From the NCBI GenBank assembly GCA_965153455.1, contig OZ234493.1, positions 18,404,213-18,468,212 on the forward strand: DNA of 64,000 bases, read 5' to 3'. The position numbers were made by a program, and so were the translations under genes. Position 1 is the first letter of the stretch; every line of letters begins with the position of its first letter. Of this stretch, positions 53,850 to 64,000 are shown one piece after another. This DNA is from Sphagnum compactum. Lineage: Eukaryota. Below the pieces are notes generated by a model that saw only the letters and a list, made by a program, of their open reading frames with translations, was not told the DNA's origin and did no database searches.

Positions 53850-56800
53850 AATCGAATCAATGTTCACCCATTGCATTAAGTCTACTAAGTTGCATTTGCA
53901 CCTTCCTTATCAATAGTCTTGGTGGAACTTTAAAGGGCACCCACCATTGAACATGCACCATTTTTTCAAACTTACTTTTGCACTACAAGTTAAATATATT
54001 TTGATTAGAATGTGAAAAAGATGAAAAACCACAAGTACATTTTAGGACTTCATTAATTCAAAAATTAAAAATATGTAATATTTTATCTATTTACAAGCTA
54101 TAAGATATATCCTAAGTTTTGCTTGAATTTCAATGAATATACTTAAACTTACTTACATGTAGTTTTTATTTTAAATTTTAACAAAGTTGAAGAAAATGTT
54201 CATACTAACCAATGAATTAAACAATATTTCTAAATTCAATATATCAAAGCCTACTTAATGGCTATTTTTCATTTAATATGTTGCAAGGAACATGAACAAT
54301 ATAATTTACCATGCTTAAACCTAGCTTGGTTATTAATTATTAAAATTCCACTTGGTAGCTTGGTTAAAGCTTGATTATTAGATTTCCATAATTAAATTGC
54401 AAGGCCACCTTTGGGATTCCACATCAAATCAATTGTCAACACCTTGTATTACATCACTAACCACCAAAAACATTCACATAATTTTTAAAAAATGCATATC
54501 TATATGTCCAACTAATACCTTAAGGTCATCCATCAATTTTCAAATAGTCTTGAACCCAAGATTTGAAATAAAAAATTTATTGTATTAGTTGGGGGATGAA
54601 TGGCAAAACCATAAAAGCTTTCATCAAGTCTACCAACACATAATTATTTTTTTCTTTCAATTTTTTTAACAAATTTAGTTAAAACTTCCATCAATGTTTT
54701 CATGCATATGATCAACAACAAGGAAGCAACCACACCTGTTCAAACACCTCCTTGGTTGTTAGTAATGATAAAAAAACAAGCAAGTATCAATTTTTATTTT
54801 TTTTCACATAGTTGTCCATTTGGAACTACTTTTAAGTAATGGTTTTGCACTAACAAATTATTCATGCACCTTTAATGCCTTCACACATTGGAAGTTTCAC
54901 ATTAATTATTCAAAGAATTATTTTGTAGCTCATGATTAAACAACTTTGATCTCTTACCAATTATTTTTTGTCTAAAATTCTAAATAAACGGAAAGAAATC
55001 CAATGGTTAGAGTCATGATTTGATTAAAATTCATTGGAATGTTGAACAACGTTTCATCCCCATGCTCATGAGCAATCATTCTAGTTAAAGTACTCAATAA
55101 TTGATTGAACTTAACAACCATTTTACTATTCACTTAGAACCTCATTAAAAGAATCTTTGAATGATCCATCTTATCATGAATTATGCATAAAAATCCCTTC
55201 ATTGCTTGAATGGATTCTATTTTCAAACCATGATAAAGTTGTCTACATGACTCCTAGTATTTGTTATGTATTTTTAATTTCATTTCATGCTCCTTAGCAA
55301 TAGCATTGGTTTTTCCAACTTCAGATTTCAAGGTTTTCAAATACTCACGTATTGTGTGTTTTGCAAAGTTTAAACCGCTTTTTTGCACATTCACATAAAG
55401 ATGATATTTCATTCTCAACCAACTCATAGCAAGATGGTGAAAACACATTATGGTGGCCAAAAAATGTTGTCATGTAAATATTGTTTTTTGAAACTATGTG
55501 ATTTTCAATTTTCATCAAGCCAATATTAAAAAAGGTTTTCATATATTATATTCAAACTAAGGTATTTCAACTACCAAATAATGCAATTTTCAAAAGAAAC
55601 TACATTTTTTGATTGACATTAAATGATTAAATAATACATTTGTGCAACATTAATAAATGTACCAATATACTGCAAAGTGCAAATATATTCTAATAATAAT
55701 TCAAATAATTACAATATTTGATGAACTACTTAATCATATATATATTGCTTATGAATTGATTGTACCATTTCAATTCCATATGACAAGTTCTAATCATATG
55801 ATTTCACAAAAAACATTTAAATGATGTTTTTCATTCAAACAAGCATAACTATGTTTAAAAACAAATTGTTGAAAAATTAGTATTTTCATTTGAAAGACAT
55901 TAACAAACATTATGTTGGAGGCTTTTGTATGAAAATACATTTTACACATTTATCAAAACATATGAAATCAAAGAAAACTACCCCTAAAATAATATAATAT
56001 GTATTTTTTAAAAAGTGACCCCATCATAATGTGCTTTCACTTGAGATTTCATCAATATTTAATTTTTTCTTGATTTCAATCACACACATATAATAACAAG
56101 AAATTTTGAGAACTAATATGTTCAAAATTTAAACTATATATACAATTTAATGCGAAGTAAGGACAAAGAAACAAACAAAAATAATCAACACGATAAAAAT
56201 CACATATGTGACATTAAGTACATTTCATTGTTCTGTTCTTGAATATTTTTCCATGTGTCTGGAATTAGAAGACAAATGTTTTGTTTCCCATTCTCAATTT
56301 TTTTTCATTTGATGTGGGATTATATCAATACATTGGTCAATAAACAATTGAACATTGCATTTCACTTGTTTAACTACAAAACATTGTTTTTTCATTCCAA
56401 CATTTTGTGCGAGCTTTGCCTTGTCCCACATTTGCTATCTTATTAGATAAATCATGAGATGCCAACAATCTTAAACCATGCCCTTTAATCACAAATATCA
56501 ACTTTTTGTATTGTAATAAAATTTCACTTTTATACTATAGGTTTTTAATGCAATCTTCTTGGAACATCCAAAATATAAAATCTTTTATTTACAAAAGACA
56601 AGTTTGAAAACTCATGTGAACAATGGATGTCTTATCATGACGAAAGTAATGTTAACAATAATTGAAAGAGCAACAATTGTTTGCATTCACATTACAAATT
56701 GATTCATTGTCTAAAAGTCTTTCGATCTTCGAAACAAATGAATCCACACTTGAATCCCTTCCTTTTCTTTCTACAAATGTTTAGATTTCTTTCACAACAA

Positions 56801-57150
56801 TAGTTCCCTCTTCATCATCTTCTAAAACATGATGTTCATCATATGCAACAAACAATGCTGATAAACAATGATTGTTTATGACAATGGCCATTTCTAGATT
56901 GTCATAATTTGTGATGTGGATAATTCAATATTGTTATTTCAACATGTTTTTCACCAAGATCCTCATCAAGAACATGCTCCCCAGGGTCACACACAATAAT
57001 TCGCCTTACAGTAATCAATTCTCCCACATAATTCACCAAATGACACTTCTTTCCATGCCATTAATTTTCCCAATACCAAAAACATTCTTATCATTTTGGT
57101 GATTATTTGGTATATACGATTGACATGTCCCCATTTTTTATGGGCCACCT
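53850..57150 (-). mobile_element. Highly decayed DUF7869/Sola-like DDD transposase
   Basis: Minus-strand motifs in order: AWFKIVGIS (about 56470), LCIIHDKMDHSK (about 55175), FQMDNYVKKNKN (about 54815), FLVVDHMHENIDGSF (about 54700), matching the recalled DGMDQ..QLDNC..NKN..VGHTHEDID signature. Confidence 0.65.
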
Positions 57151-57849
57151 TTTTCATTAGAAAGAGGATTTGGCATTCACATGATTTAAACAACTTAATT
57201 CTTGAGCCTTCATGTTTTTTTTGGATTTTTTTCTTTATGTTTAGTTCCACAAATATTTTTAATAATGAAAATTTTAAAATTAAATGTAACCTACTTAAAC
57301 ATAATGAATTCAAGTTTAATAAAAAAATAATTAAACTAATTTAATTAATAATAATATATTTTACATTAACCTTTAGGTTTAACTTTGACATTTGGGTGCA
57401 AATGGGATAATATAAGCCACACATGCTTACTTTTTTATTACTTTTATGATTGATTTTGGAAAAATGTTCCTAAAATATTTTTGGAATATTCTTGAAAAAA
57501 TATTTGAAAAGACCTTTCAAAAATTGAAAAATTTTCTTCATACTATTTTATTAAGGTTTATGTTAAAATTTGGCCAAAAATGTCATTTTCAAAAAAACTG
57601 AAATCCATTTACAAGTCCTTTTACTACTCAAAAGCAAGCATTACAGTGCTTAATGAATGTTTTTGTTAATTTTTGGATTAATTTCAAATTAATTCACATG
57701 TTCCCATGATATTTAAAAATACAAATATATAAACAAATCTTACAATTTCAACATCAAATTAAATTACGACTTTAAAACATGAAAAAACCAAACAGGCGCT
57801 ACACTTGTTATGGTACATGTTATTGTGATTACACCCATTTAGCATAGTG

Positions 57850-59000
57850 TTACGTTCAACTTTTAGGTTTAACTTAAGTTTAGTCTTTAGGATAAGCCCA
57901 TTTTAAACTTATAGATTTAACAACCTACATGTAACCTAGGTAAAATTTAATTTAACCTAAGTAATTTAATTTTACCTTTTAAAACTTCGTTTAGCTAACT
58001 TAACCTAGTATATTTTAGTTAACTTAGTTTAGTTTAAAGAAACTAATTTAATCCAAGTAGTTTCGTTCAATCTAAGTACATTCTTTTAAACTTAAATAAA
58101 TTCAATTTAAGAAATTTAGCCAAATTTAACCTAATTTATTCGAATTTAACTTTAAAAAAATAATTTCATTGAATTTAATTTAGTTCACCCTAATTTAGTT
58201 TAAATATTTTGTTTAATTTTTTTTCTAAATAACATAAATTTCCTTTTTTTCCAAGTAATTTAATCCAACATTAACCTAAATAGATTAAATTAGTTTAGTT
58301 TAACATAAATATTTTAAATTTAACCAAGTTTAACCTAAGTAATTTAATTTAGCTTAAGCAGTCAAGATTTGCAAAATTTTGCCAAATTCAACCCAATGTT
58401 TAGCCCAAGTAATTTAGTTTAACCCAACTTAACCAATTATAGTTTACTTTTATGTACTTTACATTAAATAACTAAATTTCGTTAAATTTTGTCAAGTTTA
58501 AACAAATTAAATTAAATTAAACCTAAATAAGCTACTAGTTTAACCAATTTTAGCCAAACATATATTAGCCTAATTTTTCCAAGCTAAACCAAGTTTAGCC
58601 AAGTTTAAATAAAATAAGGTTCATACTTTAATTTAATTTAATTAAATTTAGCTTAAATAGTCAAAGTTAATCAAATTTAACCAAGTTTAACTTAAGTTAA
58701 TCAATTTAAACCTAAAGAGCCTACTTAAGTCAAACTTAATCATATTTATTCAATTTTAAACTAAATAACCTACTTTAACCAAGTTTAATCAAGTTAAACT
58801 TAGTATAATCAAATTTAATCTAAGTTAAACCTAAGTTAGCTTAGTAGCCTTAAGTCAAAATTAACTTAAATATCCTTAGGTCAAACTAGGTTACTTAGGT
58901 TTAGCCTAAGAAGAACTAGGTTCATCTAAAATAGCCCATAGAAGCCTAAGTTAAATTATTGGGTGGCCTTGGTTAGCCTGGGTCAACCTAAGTTAACCTA
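57850..59000. repeat. Low-complexity AACCTAAGTT/TTTAACC array, TE subterminal-type
   Basis: Directly visible degenerate short units. Confidence 0.75.
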
Positions 59001-59140
59001 AGATAAATAAACTTTTTTTATATGTTTGTGAGAACTATATAAGATTTGCACAATAAGGTTCAATATGATATCTGTTGTAATAAATATGTGCAAAATAATT
59101 GAGGAAGATGGTTGTTGGATTAGGTAGTAATATTATTAAT

Positions 59141-61361
59141 TATATTATCTATACTATGTACAAATGTAGTATTGTCACTAGTTTTAATATTATAGTGTAT
59201 AATATTATATGTTAGCTAGTGTGGCCTATAATTAACTATAGGTGCACTAGCTTAGATTAGGTATATGCTACCTAGTAGTAAGGCAATGTAATAATTCAAC
59301 TCCTATACTATTTGACAACTTATTGAATTAGTTGCTAATTATTGAAAAGGCTATTTATTTAGTAGAGTATTATTTAAAATATACATTAGTATATTAATAT
59401 TTGACATGTAAATATGTTGACTTTGCAATTATGACTAAACTTGATAATATTTAGTTATCTTAGTCAGTAACTTAGGTCCTAGCCTGCAAGAGCTCAACAT
59501 GCTCTTGCAGGCTAGGGTTTAGGGTTTAGCGTAAATTTGTGAGGAGTTTATGATTCAACTTCATAAATGCAAAAAAACAAAAGTTTTTGTTGTTTTGTTG
59601 ATAACAACTCTGAGGTATGACAGTACAGAGAAATGTCACTCACAATGTTGCTGCATTTTGAACTTTAGAAGGGAGAGAAAGATTTTGATAATGTCAAATT
59701 ATACATGATATTGCAAACCTGACCTAAAGGCAGAAAAGGCAGAAAAGATGAAGAAAGAGGACAAGGAATTCAATGAAGACAATGTTAAAGATGAACAAGA
59801 GTTGTCCAATTCAAGTGGAGAGAAGGGGATGAAAGCTTCAAAGAAGGTATTTTATGAAATTGAAATCCTTCCCCACGTAGTTTACTTTGGTGATTTGCTC
59901 TACAAAAGGTGATAGTTGCACCAAGTTATTCATGGTTGCATCTTTCTCTCTTCAACAAATGCAGTTGTATGCTTGTGCATTGTCAAGCATAATATACATT
60001 TAGCAAATTCTGAAGGGTTTTGGACTAGTGATTATCACATCCCATCTGATGTGGTGATTTCTCTAGCATTTGTAATTATGTTTTTGCAGTGCAAATCCGA
60101 TTTGTAGCTTTTCCGGTCTATGGATCCCAAGTATGCAAAGAAGCATAGTTGCCTTTTTGATGGTTAATTACATGTTAAATGCTAGCTAAAAATGGCATTT
60201 GATTGAATTGCTATAAATTCACAGGAATGCTCTTATAGACTAGGGTTGATTGATTACACATTACCCCCCAGAAAAGCAGTTTTCTGTCACTTTTAGGCAA
60301 TAATTTCTCCCAAAAAATGGGAATTTATAGCAGAATATTTCATTTCAGAAAACTGTCACCTATTGGCATTTTTTCACCAGAAAAAAAGACTGGTCAGCTA
60401 TGTGATATTTGAAAAAACCTTCATCCAACTGTGAAAACAGCTGGAGAGAAAGATGTCCCTAATGGAAAAGTTGCTGTTATGGTTCAGAAACACAAACTTC
60501 CACATCCTTTTTCCTCTTTCACAAAGCCGCAAAAAACATTTGCAGATGTGAAAGGCAGGCAGTTCAAGAGTGCCGAGACACAGTTGCCATCGGACAAGAG
60601 TTGCTGTTGTTGTGTTCAGTTTAGGGAACATTCGTACCTGCAGGACCTACTAAAGAGCAAACTCCCCAATCTCATTCAGGCTCATCCCTTGCTCATACAG
60701 AAAGACATTGATTGTAATGCTGTTACAAGAAAATGAACACCCCTGGACCTAAATCTTCTTGTGCATGGAAAAGATCACACTGCTTGAGAGTTAGCTACCT
60801 ATAACTGAGCAAAAATGGAGGAAGTCTACTTTCGCCTTGACTTGCCCCTGAATGTCACTCGGGTTTTCTTCTTGGCAGCGGATGCAGATGACCGCTCACC
60901 ACCAAGTTCGCGGAATGGCATGCCCATCAAAGAGAGCAGTTTTAAGCCTTCTGTGTCATTTTTGGCAGAGGTGATAATGCAGATGTCCATGCCCCTTTCC
61001 TTATCAATGTTCTCAAATCGGATCTCTGGGAAAACACTCCGCTCTGGCAACCCCAGGGTGTAGTTTCCCCTCCCATCAAAACTGTAAGGGTTCACCCCTT
61101 GGAAATCCCTTGTTCTGGGGAGAGCCAAGTTCATCAGCCTGTCTAGAAATGAGTACATAACCTGCATCATCCAGGATATTGACATAAAGACTTCAACAAC
61201 ATACCAGATGAACAGTGCACATCATAACATTGTCTTAGTTACATCACTACAACCCTAGTCTATAAGAGCATTCCTGTGAATTTTTGTATGTTTTCACCCC
61301 TAAACTCTATGGAGCCTTAATGCAACAATGGAGAGTTGTCCAATTTCAGTATGCTTCGGTC
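59141..61361 (+). repeat. Direct segmental duplicate of 1-2218 (left limit lies at or beyond the window start)
   Basis: Colinear high identity; paired ORFs 1249/60398, 1668/60815 and 1679/60826; similarity stops after ATGCTTCGGTC (2218/61361). Confidence 0.97.
60826..61161 (-). pseudogene. RPL5: Orphan copy of RPL5 exon 3
   Basis: 336-nt exon with its acceptor intact; exons 1-2 are not present before the window end; 7 substitutions, 4 of them non-synonymous, including EQS>ERS. Confidence 0.88.
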
Positions 61362-64000
61362 ATGACTAGTTACATGATTGCTAGTGTAGGGCTGTTCTCC
61401 CAGACAGGGTCAATTCTCAGGCTCGTTATCAGGCCTGTACTTTCAATGTAAATAGGTGGTTCTTGTTCATGTGAAAACTAGTTCCTTGAAAATTGCATTG
61501 GGTATCATATGGCCCTAATTCTGATACCCAAGATGATTATGGGGTGGACCACTGAGTTTGATTTTCACCTTACTAGAGGATAAAAAAATTTGTAGGTTGA
61601 GAAAATAGACATAGCCGTTATAAAGTGGAAAATCAAACCCAAGACCTTCTTGAGATAAAGAGTTCATTTATCATTAGGTTACACCTTCATTTCTGTAAAA
61701 TACAACATGATATTTTTATTTAAAAAATTATATGCCACTTTAAAAACAGTGGATGTGTGATTTTAAAATAAAAATAATTATAAATCTCTTCTCACATATG
61801 AAAGTGTAGCTTAACAATAAAAAATATATCCCTCCATAGAAGGTTGTGGATCTCAAACCCTTTTGAAATAAATATGAGCCAAGAAACGGTTTTGGCAAAG
61901 AACCCTAGAGTAGCATGATTCATGTGTCCAGATCACATGGTTGCCACTAATATTCGCTGTTCATCACCGATCAGGTATTATAGTCTGGGTGCAACAGGTT
62001 CCAGAGTTTGTCACTCTGACCAGTTTTTTGGTGGACAATGTTGGTACAGATTAATTCATCATGCTGGAAATGTTGGATATCCAGCTAAATTAAATGGGTC
62101 TCCAATTGCCCATGTCTCCTCTCAAAAGTAGCTGGGCCTGGTCATGCTGCATAATGAAGTAAGTTAGCTTAGGTATATTAGTGCTTTCCAAAGGACGAAG
62201 AATTGTATTGTAGTGTATTGTTCTCCAAAGAAAACAATGCCCATAACAGACAAGAAACAAGAAGGGTTCTTCTAGACAAGTTGATCATGATGTGAATACA
62301 TTATGTGAAACCCACATGGATCTGCAACCAAATGTCCTTGTAGGACTGGACATAAGACTTTGGGAGGCATTCAGAGTGTGGCCCTTTTTTTTGTTGTCAA
62401 GACAGGTTGTTGTTTATAATATTTTAGTCAACAAGTGAGAGTTAGATAACAGTCTGCATGCATTCCTTTCCCCTCCAAAAGGTGGTTGCTCGAAAAGTAA
62501 AGTCACCTCATTGGCTTACTGTTTGCTAGCTGGGACCTTCTGTTTTCTAAACGTGCTAAGATTTTGATTGCCCCAGGCATATGATAGTGTCAAGCATGCG
62601 ACTGATTCTTTTTGAAGTATGATTTGGCTCATGTAGTGGAATAGGCTTCTACATCCCCTATACCCCTGCGCCACTCCCATAGGAGCGTAATTGCCAAAGT
62701 CGTTTCCGCCACCCAACTTTGCTGGAAAATGTTTGTCCTTAGTTCGTGGTCTGGAGTAGAAATGAAATATTCTACTGAACATGACAACCTGAGCTGAAAA
62801 TTGCACTTGAACATGGGGGCCCCCTACCCAAGCATAAAGCACTGCCTTGATTTTTCCTTTGTATTTTCAACTCCCTTACCTGCCTGAAGAAACGTGTTTC
62901 CAGGAAGGGGGGATGTTCGGCGGTGGAAGGAACCAGCCAGGCTGTACTGGGATCTTCAGACCAGAGGAAGGTACCAGCCAGCCTGTCACTATTTCTAAAA
63001 GGTTAAAAAATCCGAGCCCAACTTTACGGAGGAAAGGGACCCTGAGTAAAGGCCCTTCTTTGACATCCAACCTATTCCCTCGGGCCTACCGGCGCGGGCA
63101 CAGATCTCAAATCAGAGAAGGGCCTGTACTCACACCCTTTTCCTATACATTATCTCCCGCTCCCATGCTGGTGTGAAATGACTTTGCGTATTTGCAATGT
63201 TCCCCAATTTGCACTGTTAAATCTAGGGTTCAAGTTCTTGTGACCCATACCCAAACTACCATCTTTTTGGTGAATCTGTCATAAGAGAGGAGGGGAAAGT
63301 TGAGTTGGGGTTTTTTTTCCCCTTTTTTTGACAAGTTGTTTCTGAGGTTGGGTGGGGTGGAGTGGAGTGAGGCGATTTTCTCCCCTTTTTCTCCCCCTTT
63401 CCAAAGGGGACAAGAGGAATTTTCTAGGGAGAGTTGGAGATTTCTCTTCTGCTTTTCAAAATGGTTTTTCTTAGTGACATTGGGAAGAGGGGGGTTTGGT
63501 TATTTCTAACAAGGGGGATTGGCCAAGGCATATGTTTTTGAAAGGCAATTTTTTTTTTATTGGATGCAATTTGTGTTCAAGATCAATTTTGTGCAATTTT
63601 GTAATACAATTTTATTTTTCTTGGCCCCTTCCTTGTAAAGCTAATGAACTCTAAACCCATTAACTTAATTCAATGAAAAATATTTTTTTTAGGATGAAAT
63701 TCTTGTGAAATCATGAAAAACAACTCTTGAACCTAATTTCAATTTGTTTAGGTGAGCAAGTTGAACTTTTTTTGAAAAGTTGACAATTAACTAAACTTTA
63801 TAGTCGAACATGATTAGTTTTAATTTGATGTAAGACTCACTACATGTACAATTCCCTAGTTTTATTTTGGGGTTTAAACTTCATACTTATACAATCTCCA
63901 ACATTGGAGAGTGTGGAGTGTATACTTTGGTTTTCAAACTGGACTCCAAAGTTTTTTAAATGAAAAATCACAAGTTTTTCAAATTTGTAGAATCTAATGA

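Noticed and set aside
61900-63510. Short ORFs that might supply new upstream exons for the orphan RPL5 exon
   Set aside because: No L5 or other recognisable similarity; the 63.3-63.6 kb part is rich in homopolymer runs and may be degenerate or low-quality sequence.

Overview
Eukaryotic plant nuclear DNA, AT-rich and dominated by decayed transposons; the repeat style suggests a moss or other bryophyte, which is inference only. The only clearly intact gene is a 3-exon nuclear gene for plastid ribosomal protein L5 (minus strand, 1679-4426). Its last exon and 3' flank recur as a truncated duplicate at 59141-61361. The centre holds two Mutator-like elements (MULEs) of one family in inverted orientation, with only 29 bp between their inner TSD copies (A 16655-22504, TSD CTTCCCAGT; B 22552-37559, TSD AGTATAATA). 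B carries a decayed MULE/SWIM transposase and, convergent with it, a second gene with a C2H2 zinc finger. A lost the transposase but kept that second gene. Both carry many copies of a short GTATTGC motif, an architecture reminiscent of MuDR mudrA/mudrB and VANDAL/VANC anti-silencing MULEs. A 3.4-kb CACTA element (TSD TAC) is nested in B. At about 41.6-48.3 kb a repeat-associated unit carries a decayed protein kinase and a coiled-coil/RING-H2 gene, neither recognisable in the ORF track. Other remnants are a hAT transposase, a PPR pseudogene, a DUF7869/Sola-like transposase and small foldback elements. All family assignments come from motifs read by eye; no database search was run.
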